This document shows positions 1 to 8,344 of a stretch of DNA of 38,660 nt, in pieces. The position numbers and the translations under genes were made by a program. The stretch's first letter is position 1, and each line of letters begins with the position of its first letter. Below the pieces are notes generated by a model. The model saw only the letters and a program-made list of their open reading frames with translations. It was not told where the DNA came from and made no database searches. Source of the DNA: Myxococcota bacterium (lineage in GTDB: Bacteria > Myxococcota_A > Bradymonadia > UBA7976 > UBA1532). The stretch covers positions 1 through 38,660 of the forward strand of contig JAYZEG010000031.1 in NCBI GenBank assembly GCA_036337435.1, in the 5' to 3' direction.

Positions 1-648
1 CGGTCTGTTGAACGGCCCTTGCATCTGCTGAGTTTAATTGATGACATCGACGCACCGGTGCCTGGGATCACGGTGTATGGACCCTGTGGATCCGATAGTT
101 GTTTGGAGAATCAGGGTGTCATATCGGCCGTTCGCGAGGCGTTTATTCCTCAGATGGCCCAGTGGCCTATGGGCGAACGCTTTGCGGATGTCTCATTTGT
201 ACCGGTGCTGAACGAGTTTACCCTGCAAGAATCCATTGCACCCACGCTTTTCGCGTTTGGCTACTTAGCTGAATTGGACGGTGGCCAACGGGCTGGCGAA
301 CAGAGCGGTATGGGCGGTGATGGCGGGAGCGGTGCTGGCGGAGGCGGCGGCTCATCTGGAATGGGCGGTTCAGCCGGTGGCTCCGGCGGCACAGGGGGCA
401 CCATGGGTTCGGCAGGCGGAAGTAGTGGGGCTGGCGGAACGGCCGGCTCGCGACCGGTCGATACCGATGGCGGCGTCTTGAATGACGGCGATGTTGATAA
501 TTTGAATGATGGAGGCGTCGCATCTGGCACCTCATCAGGATCGAGTGGATGTGCGGTCGCATCCGATGAGCAAGGAGCCGTTATGGCTTTTATCTTTTTG
601 CTCGCGATAGGTGCTTTGAGGAGGAAGCGGTGTCATACAGGCTATTAA
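1..648 (+). CDS. C-terminal part of a surface protein with Gly/Ser-rich linker and MYXO-CTERM-like sorting signal (5' truncated)
   Basis: Frame 1 is open from base 1 to TAA at 646-648, so the true start is probably upstream of the window. A Gly-rich linker is followed by SSGCAVA, a hydrophobic segment (AVMAFIFLLAIGAL) and RRKR, which is the MYXO-CTERM pattern (invariant Cys, TM helix, Arg cluster). Confidence 0.8.
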   Translation, partial: RSVERPLHLLSLIDDIDAPVPGITVYGPCGSDSCLENQGVISAVREAFIPQMAQWPMGERFADVSFVPVLNEFTLQESIAPTLFAFGYLAELDGGQRAGEQSGMGGDGGSGAGGGGGSSGMGGSAGGSGGTGGTMGSAGGSSGAGGTAGSRPVDTDGGVLNDGDVDNLNDGGVASGTSSGSSGCAVASDEQGAVMAFIFLLAIGALRRKRCHTGY

Positions 649-3600
649 TCGCCTTTTTATCTCTGGTTTGGCTGGTCAATTGTGGTGGCGATGAGGCTGC
701 ACAACCGGTCTCGGATTTTGGCGTCGATATTGGATCTCGAGATAGTGATGCTGACGGGATTGCTGATAATGCTGATAACTGTCCGTACAGCCCAAACCCA
801 GATCAGGCAGACCTGGATGAGGATGGCATCGGGGACGAATGTGATCCAGATGATGACGGTGATGGTGTTGCAGACGAAGCGGACGGATGCCCGGATCTAG
901 CCGACCCCGAGCGGGGGGATTACGATGAAGATGGTCTCGGTGATGCATGTGATGATGATGATGATAATGACGGTGTCAGCGACGACGCGGACCTCTGTCC
1001 CTTCGATCCTTCGGATGGTGGCCAGGACCAGGACGGAGATGGCCTGGGTGATCCGTGTGACTTTGATATCGATGGGGACGAAATTCTTAATGACGACGAC
1101 AACTGTCCGTACGTTGAGAATACAGCGCAGGAAGATATTGACGGAGACGGTCTAGGTGATGGTTGTGACGATGATACCGATGGCGACTCAATCGCCGATG
1201 ATGTTGATAATTGCCGAGTTGTCCAGAATGTTGACCAGGCTGACCTAGACCTAGATGGCGTCGGTGATGCGTGTGACGACGAGCAAGATGGAGATGGTCT
1301 GATAGACAGCCAGGACAACTGTCCCCGCGTTTTGAATCCCGACCAAGCAGATGCCGACCTAGATGGGCTCGGTGATGAATGCGACATCTGCCCCAATGAC
1401 CCTGAAAATGACACCGACTCGGACTCCGTATGTGGGGATGTTGATAATTGCCCGTCGGTTGAAAATGCTCAACAGGTCGATGACGATGTAGACGGTATTG
1501 GGACCGCATGCGATGTGTGTCCGTTGGATCCGCTGAACGATGATGACAGAGATGGGATTTGTGGCTCCGTCGACAACTGCGTGGATGCTGAGAATCGCGA
1601 ACAGCTTGATGGAGACCGAGATGGCATTGGTGATGCGTGTGACATTTGCCCGAATGACGGGGATAATGATCGAGATCAAGATGGCGTCTGTGGCGATGTC
1701 GATATCTGCCCGCTTGCAGCTGACCCGGAACAACTTGACCAAGACGGCGACGGCTTAGGTGACGCATGTGATTTATGTCCAGGCGATGAGCTTAATGATG
1801 GTGATGCAGACAGTGTTTGCGGTGACAGAGACAATTGCCCGGACGTAACAAATCCCCTACAGGCTGACTTAGACGGGGATGGCATCGGTGACGCATGCGA
1901 TGAATGCGTTGCCTCTGGTCCGACAGACCCAGACGGGGACGCGATTTGTGGCATTAACGACAACTGCCCCGATGTACCTAATGAGGCGCAGATTGACCGC
2001 GATGATGACGGCCTTGGTGATCTATGCGATGCCTGTGGTCTCGATCCGAACAACGACATTGACCAGGATGGGATTTGCGGAGACGTAGACACGTGTCCTG
2101 ATGTCTACGACCCGACCCAGCCAAATGACGATGGCGACGGGTTCGGAAATGCCTGTGACCCAGATTCAGACAATGACGGTATTGACGATGTTGCAGACAA
2201 TTGTCCACTGGCTGCCAATCCAGGTCAGGAAAATACCTTCGGCGACCAGCGTGGTGATGCCTGTGAAGACCTTTATTTCTACGATGATTTTGAGAATGGC
2301 TTGGACCAGTGGACCATTCACTCTGGCGGTTGGACCACGAGCGTAGAGGCCGCTGTGGACGGTGAGTTCGGTCTGGTAGACCAGGTCGGTCGGTCCAACA
2401 CGGGGACCACGTACAGGATTGAGACGTCAACTCTGGACCTCACCAATGCATATCAGCCAAGGGTTTGGTTTCAGGGGCGATTTGACCTGGTTAGAGATTA
2501 TTTTACCGTAGGGATTGTTGCGAATGGGTCCAGAATCGAGACAGTTAATTTAGTTGGCACCCGTAATTTGGGCCGTGATTTTAGAACGTACCAGGTCGAC
2601 CTGACGGACTACGCTGGCCGTGACGACATTTCTATCGAGCTCAGGTTTGGCAACCGAAACAACGCTGGCCTTGGTGTCTGGATCGATAATTTTAAGGTCG
2701 ATGAAAGGCCCATGCTCCCCTCTCATGTCCTTCCTTTTTTCGATTCATTCGACGATTTGACGCGTTGGAATCAGCTCGGAAACATCTGGCATGTAGGGCG
2801 GACAGCTTGGGACGGGGCAACCGCTGCCGAACACTCTTCCTTTGAAGCGTCTCGGAAAGGGGTTGGTATTTTAGAGCTCGCCCAGGGCTTAGATCTTCGT
2901 GGCAGTCAACGGCCTGTACTCAGTTTTTGGATGAAGCATGGGGCTTTCAGTGCTCAAAATCGGCTGAGTGTGCACCTGATGCCATCGGATCCAAATCGAG
3001 AGATTGTTGAGGTTATCCCAGTCGAATCGGGAAACAATGGATACTTCGAAAAATTCACTGTCGATCTCTCTAGTCTCATTGGTGATCCCGATGTTCGCCT
3101 GCAGTTTCGGTATCAGCACATGGGCAATAGTGCCCCCAACGTGATCTTGGATGATGTCGAAGTCGTCGATTTCCGCAGCATGATCACGCGCTCGCTTCCT
3201 TTTGACGCTTGGGTGCCGGATGAAACCATCGAACGCGAGACTGGCGGGTGGGGCGTTGTGGAGGAGCCCATCGGACAGCCTTCACTCAGGAGTTCCGCGA
3301 TGGGTCAAGTGCTGAACAGTTCAGTTCGGTTGCGTCTCGGGCACTTTGACTTCAGTGACACTGAACAACCGGTTTTCTCGGTCTGGGCTCGTTACGCAAT
3401 GCGTGCGGATCGGCAGCGTTTTATCATGAGAGCGAAGACAGAGGCTGAGGACATTGTGATCCCAATCATTGATCCCGTGGGACGTGACCTCCGCAATGGT
3501 CAGTTTGAGCGTATTGATATTCCATTAGACGGCCTTGGCGGTCTGGCGGCAGTGGAGCTGTTCCTTGAAGTCAGCACAACCAATGATGCCTACTTTGGAG

Positions 3601-5102
3601 TCGATATATCCAGAATGTTGATCGGGGCCAGTGAAACGACCGACGCTGTCGAAGCCCCTGTGGTCTGGGACTTTGACGAGGACGTGCCTAGCCTTCAAAA
3701 AATCGCTGGTCGTTGGACACTTGCGGAAAACGTTGGCCGAAATGTCGGGACTGCGCTGCGGCTCGTGAGTCGGCTTGGCTTACGAGGGCTCGCGTCAACG
3801 GACACTGTTCGCCTTTTGCCGCCCGTCGATCTGAGGCCATTAGACCGACCAGAAATGAGCTTTTGGGTAAAACATTTCAATGCGCCTCAAGAGCATAGCT
3901 TCAAAGTTCACATTAAAACCATCGATCGGGGAAGTTGGACCCATGTCATCAGCCAATCAGAGGGAAATACGCATATTCGCAGTGACGGCTACCAACGGTA
4001 CGTAGTGCCTCTGGATGCTGTGGCTGGTGCTGGGTCGGCGACCGTTGAATTTACCGCGACCACGTGGAGCAATCTTCCACTCGATGTTGGTGTCGACGAT
4101 ATAAGAATTGAGAATCGAGCGTCTGTGCCCTTGGCCGAGTTAATTGTCGATGGCGATGACAGTTACACCGTCTACCTCAACGGTGACGAAGCCGGAACCG
4201 GGCAAGAATGGCTCGCAGGCGAACGGCATTATCTTCGTGTTCAGCCCGGTTCCAATGTCATTGCATTTGAAGTTGATGGGACCGGAGTTGGTCCGACCCT
4301 CGTAGCAGGACTTAAATTTGGGTCACTTCTTATTCGCACAGGCTCGTCTGGCTGGAAATCGAGCACGATCCAAATCGATGGCAGCATCGAAGAGGGCTGG
4401 ATGACTTTGGGCTTTGATAGCGTACCTTGGGCGAATGTACCAACGGATGGCCCATCACCCAGTGAGATTGGCGGTGGATACTTGGGGTTCGATGTAGAGA
4501 TGGGGGCGCGCTTCGTCAGTAATCCTGACGGGGGCACCCGCCAATACTTCAGAAAACTGTTCACGATTGAAGACCAAGACCAGGATGAGGTGCCCGATGT
4601 CGTGGACCTTTGTCCGCTCGATCCGACCGGCCCCGAGCGGGATTCCAATGGTAACGGCTTAGGGGACTCGTGTGACTTCTGCCCGAATTGTGCGAATCTA
4701 GCGTTCGGTAAACCGGTTACCGTGAGCGGAAATCCAGCTGAAGCTGCTCGGGTAAATGATGGGCAGGTAACCTTTGGAAGCTGGCAGTCCAACGCGAACA
4801 CCGGATGGGCTCGGGTAGACCTTGGAGCGCGGTACAGCGTATGCTCCGCCCGTTGGTACAATTCGAACCGAGGTGGACTCACCAAAGGCGCACGGGTTTG
4901 GCGGATGACCGTAGCTGACGAGGAGGCTGAAGAGATTGAAGTTGGGTCGGGCGACGAAGGCCCCGCACCAGCCCATGGACAGCCAAACTTAGTTGATTTT
5001 GGCTTGTGTCAGCCCGCTCGATACGTGACGTTTTACATCGACCAAAGCGCAGGCGACCGGGCGACCTTAGGTGAACTGCAGGTCTATGGAGAGCCGCTCT
5101 AG
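630..5102 (+). CDS. Large lipoprotein adhesin: thrombospondin type-3 repeats, four MAM/choice-of-anchor-J-like beta-sandwiches, a lectin-like domain and a C-terminal F5/8 type C (discoidin) domain
   Basis: GTG start preceded by GAGGAGG. Lipobox-like WLVN-C. About 500 aa of DNCP..N.DQ.D.D.DG.GDAC repeats. Four ~155-aa repeats ending IDNFKV/LDDVEV/ISRMLI/VDDIRI. A DDSYTVYLNG jelly-roll motif. The C-terminus reads NLAFGKPVTVS...VNDG...WARVDLG...ARYV...ELQVYG, typical of F5/8C. Confidence 0.85.
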   Translation: MSYRLLIAFLSLVWLVNCGGDEAAQPVSDFGVDIGSRDSDADGIADNADNCPYSPNPDQADLDEDGIGDECDPDDDGDGVADEADGCPDLADPERGDYDEDGLGDACDDDDDNDGVSDDADLCPFDPSDGGQDQDGDGLGDPCDFDIDGDEILNDDDNCPYVENTAQEDIDGDGLGDGCDDDTDGDSIADDVDNCRVVQNVDQADLDLDGVGDACDDEQDGDGLIDSQDNCPRVLNPDQADADLDGLGDECDICPNDPENDTDSDSVCGDVDNCPSVENAQQVDDDVDGIGTACDVCPLDPLNDDDRDGICGSVDNCVDAENREQLDGDRDGIGDACDICPNDGDNDRDQDGVCGDVDICPLAADPEQLDQDGDGLGDACDLCPGDELNDGDADSVCGDRDNCPDVTNPLQADLDGDGIGDACDECVASGPTDPDGDAICGINDNCPDVPNEAQIDRDDDGLGDLCDACGLDPNNDIDQDGICGDVDTCPDVYDPTQPNDDGDGFGNACDPDSDNDGIDDVADNCPLAANPGQENTFGDQRGDACEDLYFYDDFENGLDQWTIHSGGWTTSVEAAVDGEFGLVDQVGRSNTGTTYRIETSTLDLTNAYQPRVWFQGRFDLVRDYFTVGIVANGSRIETVNLVGTRNLGRDFRTYQVDLTDYAGRDDISIELRFGNRNNAGLGVWIDNFKVDERPMLPSHVLPFFDSFDDLTRWNQLGNIWHVGRTAWDGATAAEHSSFEASRKGVGILELAQGLDLRGSQRPVLSFWMKHGAFSAQNRLSVHLMPSDPNREIVEVIPVESGNNGYFEKFTVDLSSLIGDPDVRLQFRYQHMGNSAPNVILDDVEVVDFRSMITRSLPFDAWVPDETIERETGGWGVVEEPIGQPSLRSSAMGQVLNSSVRLRLGHFDFSDTEQPVFSVWARYAMRADRQRFIMRAKTEAEDIVIPIIDPVGRDLRNGQFERIDIPLDGLGGLAAVELFLEVSTTNDAYFGVDISRMLIGASETTDAVEAPVVWDFDEDVPSLQKIAGRWTLAENVGRNVGTALRLVSRLGLRGLASTDTVRLLPPVDLRPLDRPEMSFWVKHFNAPQEHSFKVHIKTIDRGSWTHVISQSEGNTHIRSDGYQRYVVPLDAVAGAGSATVEFTATTWSNLPLDVGVDDIRIENRASVPLAELIVDGDDSYTVYLNGDEAGTGQEWLAGERHYLRVQPGSNVIAFEVDGTGVGPTLVAGLKFGSLLIRTGSSGWKSSTIQIDGSIEEGWMTLGFDSVPWANVPTDGPSPSEIGGGYLGFDVEMGARFVSNPDGGTRQYFRKLFTIEDQDQDEVPDVVDLCPLDPTGPERDSNGNGLGDSCDFCPNCANLAFGKPVTVSGNPAEAARVNDGQVTFGSWQSNANTGWARVDLGARYSVCSARWYNSNRGGLTKGARVWRMTVADEEAEEIEVGSGDEGPAPAHGQPNLVDFGLCQPARYVTFYIDQSAGDRATLGELQVYGEPL

Positions 5103-5296
5103 GGTGCAAACAGATGTGCCAAAACCGAAGAGCAGTCAGTCCAGAGTCTGATAAATGTTGCGCATTTTGATCAATCTTGGCGGGTGCGGTGCGGGAACTT
5201 CAGTTGACTCGGGCCCGGCTAAGCCATCACCATTATGCTCATTCTAAAACGGCCGGGTCACATGGACGCTGCTCTGAAGGCGCCTGGTCGCTTGGA

Positions 5297-7354
5297 TTAT
5301 TGCCCGAATGGGGACGATTCGAAGACACGGTCTATTTCTAGAAATCGTTGTTCGTCGTCCGTCCAAACAATGCTGCCGACCTCCCAGAAGTCGTTCGTCT
5401 CACGAAGCTCTTTTTCGCCCTCATAGGCCAACTCTCCAGCGAGATAGATTCTGACGGTTGCAATACTCGTCCCGTAGTCACCGCCACCGAAGTTTGCCAT
5501 TGACGCTCGGAAGTAGTGTGCCCCAACGTCGTAGGGACCTCCGAGTCGTTGAGTACTCTCTGGATTATCCAGATTGATATTTTCTGGGCCACCGCCCCCG
5601 ATGTCGTCTATGTCAAGAGACGGGTCATCGGCGAATTGATTCGGGATGCCCCAATCCGGTCTTGGATTTACGTAGTAGCAGTCGTAGAGCGCGTCAAACC
5701 AGCCCATTCGTGCTGGATGTCCAAGGTGAAGATCAACATCTGCTCCCATATCATCATCGTCGCTGTCTCGAGGGGTCGTCCAGAGCAGTTGGACATGAAT
5801 GTCAGCCAGCGGCTCTGCGACAATTCTAACTCTTGAGCCAGGTTGAGGGCAGGGGTCACTGGGTGCCATCGCACCCAGCCGGTCGGTCACAGTTAATTCG
5901 ATTAAGTATTCGCCTGCAATGTCGACGAAAAATTCCGCCGTTGGCGTTGCGCTGTCGTCTGAAGGGCCTCCTTCTTGAGGCCTTACAGGGTCAGTGAAGG
6001 ACTCAACGGGTGCAGCCGTTGAACCGGTTGGTCTTTGAATCACGGTCCATTCATAGCGGATTGGCCGCCCGTCTGGCGCATCTGCGTCAGTTGATGCTGA
6101 TCCATCTAGCGTAATGACATCTAGCGGCGCGACCAAGTATTCCTCCTGTGTCACTCGGGCCTCCGGACATTCATTTTGGCTTCCTCTTCCGTTAAGCGGC
6201 ACCTCGATGACCGGAGTGTAGGGGTCGTTACTTTCTATAAAGAGTGACCCGCCGTAAGCGATCTCTTCATCGGGCGTGAACTGAACCACAAGGTTGTGCC
6301 CGGGATTTTCTTGTTGTTCTTCGCTGAGTGTTGCGGCAGGGAGACGAAGCGGTAAAGCGGGGACAGTGTCATCGGCAATGGAAAACGCCTCGTGACCCGC
6401 CTCGAGTCTGAGTGCGTCAATTCGTAGGGGTTCTAGCCCACAGCTCTCGATTGTTAGTGGCCGTGGATTTAACCCGCCGAGGAGACCTGCACCGAAATCA
6501 ATTCGGTCCGGCACCACTTGAATGCAGGGAGATGATCCATTGGCGGTCAAGGGAATATTGGTAATGGGTACGATTGAATTACTGGTGATGCTCAACTCCC
6601 CATCGTCCGGCCCTGAGACCGGCGGGGCATAGCGTATGGTGATCTCTATTGTGCGATTTGGAGACAAGCCGGGTTGACCGTCTTGGTCGGGGTCTTGGAG
6701 AATGATGGGATTCTCCGCGGGGTTGACGCCTCCAATGGAAAGTTTGAAATCTTGAGAGCCGTTGATGGTCATGTCGTCGATGATGAGTGTGGTTTGACCG
6801 AAATTGGTGGCGACCAGAACTTCCTCTGCCTCGTCGCCAGCTCGAACTCGACCAAAATCAATGGCCGTCGGCATAACGCTCAACTCGGCACCTGATTCGG
6901 CACCTTCGATTGGAATCGCCAGATTTCGATTGGACCTGTCATTGGTTTCAACGGTGATGCGACCTCGTGGAACGATGGGCTGGCGTGCCAAATAGGTGAG
7001 ATGAAGTCGCATGGTCTCTTCTGGTGCCAAGTCGATGGCGTCAGGGAAGTAATTGCGGCCATCCTCAATCCCTCGCCGCTGCTGCGCTTCGTCACCACGG
7101 GACCAGTAGAGGTCGAACTCCGACCCAAATTGGCCTGTGAAATTGATGAGACGTAAAACGCCTGAGCCAACGTTGCGAACCGTTATGGATTGCTCCGCCA
7201 TTTCGCCCGGGACTTTTTTAGGGATGACAAATGATGGGGCTGATAGTTGTATCGTACCGGTTTGTTCGGCTCTTAAGCCCTCATCGCAGCCCGTAAGGCT
7301 GAGTAAAAAACATGCAGGCAGCAATCCGGCAGCAAGTTTGATTAGTCGTGGCAA
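5297..7354 (-). CDS. Lipoprotein with three ASH/choice-of-anchor-D Ig-like domains, a PKD-like domain and a C-terminal YfaP/DUF2135-like domain
   Basis: TTG start with GGAG upstream. Lipobox LTG-C. Repeated IDFG...N.G...L.I...G.L.I.SN..P Ig motifs. LDGSASTDAD...YEWT PKD-like motif. VQLLW..DVDLHL..DCYY.N..LDIDD..GPENI motif. Confidence 0.8.
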   Translation of the reverse strand: MPRLIKLAAGLLPACFLLSLTGCDEGLRAEQTGTIQLSAPSFVIPKKVPGEMAEQSITVRNVGSGVLRLINFTGQFGSEFDLYWSRGDEAQQRRGIEDGRNYFPDAIDLAPEETMRLHLTYLARQPIVPRGRITVETNDRSNRNLAIPIEGAESGAELSVMPTAIDFGRVRAGDEAEEVLVATNFGQTTLIIDDMTINGSQDFKLSIGGVNPAENPIILQDPDQDGQPGLSPNRTIEITIRYAPPVSGPDDGELSITSNSIVPITNIPLTANGSSPCIQVVPDRIDFGAGLLGGLNPRPLTIESCGLEPLRIDALRLEAGHEAFSIADDTVPALPLRLPAATLSEEQQENPGHNLVVQFTPDEEIAYGGSLFIESNDPYTPVIEVPLNGRGSQNECPEARVTQEEYLVAPLDVITLDGSASTDADAPDGRPIRYEWTVIQRPTGSTAAPVESFTDPVRPQEGGPSDDSATPTAEFFVDIAGEYLIELTVTDRLGAMAPSDPCPQPGSRVRIVAEPLADIHVQLLWTTPRDSDDDDMGADVDLHLGHPARMGWFDALYDCYYVNPRPDWGIPNQFADDPSLDIDDIGGGGPENINLDNPESTQRLGGPYDVGAHYFRASMANFGGGDYGTSIATVRIYLAGELAYEGEKELRETNDFWEVGSIVWTDDEQRFLEIDRVFESSPFGQ

Positions 7355-7527
7355 AACAGATGCTCCGAGGTCGATAGGTTTCCATCCTGGTAAGGTCTAG
7401 GTTACATTGTTATTGCGTTGACCGCAAAGGTTGTGGCTATTACCCAATACAAACTTTTTGCGTCGCCGTGGCGACACAAGCGTGGGTATCCGTTTCCTTC
7501 ATGGTGGTGATAGATTCAGGAGGGTTG

Positions 7528-8301
7528 GTGGTCTCTTTAAGTGCCCAAAGTATGCGAGTTTTGCGTGAGCGTGTTCCGCTTTTCGCCGATTTTGATGATA
7601 GCGAACTGACAACACTCATGCATCGGTCTCGGCGCCGCGAATTATCTGGCGGTGATGTCCTGATCGCCGAAGGTACTCTTGCCACTAAATTATTCATCGT
7701 GGTGAGCGGACAGGCTGGTGTGTACCGCTCTTTAGCTGGCCGCAGTGAACTCATCGCGACCCTGAAGCCCGGTGCGACCGTTGGCGAGGTTGGCATTGTC
7801 GATCGGGCTCCGAGGTCTGCAAAGGTCGTCGCTGAGGGGAATACGGTCATTCTTGAGATCGAATTGTCTGTCCTTGAGGAATCCGAATTCGGTATGCGAC
7901 TGAAACTGTATCACAATCTGGCTTCGATTCTGGCAGGTCGGGTGCGCGCAACAAACGAGATGCTCGATATGGTTGCCCAGCGAAGCGATAGCATTTTGAC
8001 CGATGATGGTGTTCTGGTTCCGTCGCTCAACGATGTATCGATGGCGGGCGTTCACGCGGAAGGGGCCGATTTCTCATCTGGTGTGTTTACCGGTGCCAAT
8101 TTCGAGAATGCCAGCTTTGAAGGGGCCGTTTTTGCAAACGCGTCTTTTAAGGGGGCCGATTTGGCGGGGGCCACATTTGATGAGGACTATCTGATTGGAG
8201 CACGGACGGGCGATGACGACCCCGATGTTGCGGATACGGATGACGAGGAGCCCTCCGATGTCATCCCGCAGCCGCTAGACGCGGCAGAAACCGATGACTG
8301 A
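7528..8301 (+). CDS. Cyclic-nucleotide-binding domain fused to pentapeptide repeats and an acidic tail
   Basis: PLFADF...LFIVVSG...GEVGIVDRAPRSAKV is an intact cNMP phosphate-binding cassette, followed by about 11 pentapeptide units (FTGAN FENAS FEGAV FANAS FKGAD LAGAT). The start is uncertain: GTG 7528 follows AGGAGG at 7518-7523, while the ORF track starts at 7468. Confidence 0.85.
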   Translation: MVSLSAQSMRVLRERVPLFADFDDSELTTLMHRSRRRELSGGDVLIAEGTLATKLFIVVSGQAGVYRSLAGRSELIATLKPGATVGEVGIVDRAPRSAKVVAEGNTVILEIELSVLEESEFGMRLKLYHNLASILAGRVRATNEMLDMVAQRSDSILTDDGVLVPSLNDVSMAGVHAEGADFSSGVFTGANFENASFEGAVFANASFKGADLAGATFDEDYLIGARTGDDDPDVADTDDEEPSDVIPQPLDAAETDD

Positions 8302-8344
8302 CTGCACAATCCGTTGAACTGCCCCTTCGTTCGAAGCCGACTCG

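Noticed and set aside
5103..5296. ncRNA or terminator in the 194-bp convergent gap
   Set aside because: Only weak imperfect pairings are present, with no U-tract and no recognisable RNA motif.
7418..7430. TTGACCGCAAAGG matches TTGACCGCAACGG at 30706-30694 (- strand), both upstream of genes
   Set aside because: A 12/13 match among this much intergenic DNA is roughly at chance level, and both may simply be -35-like elements.
7528..8301. cNMP protein as a Pycsar/CBASS anti-phage effector
   Set aside because: There is no cyclase or nucleotidyltransferase nearby and no TM or TIR effector domain.
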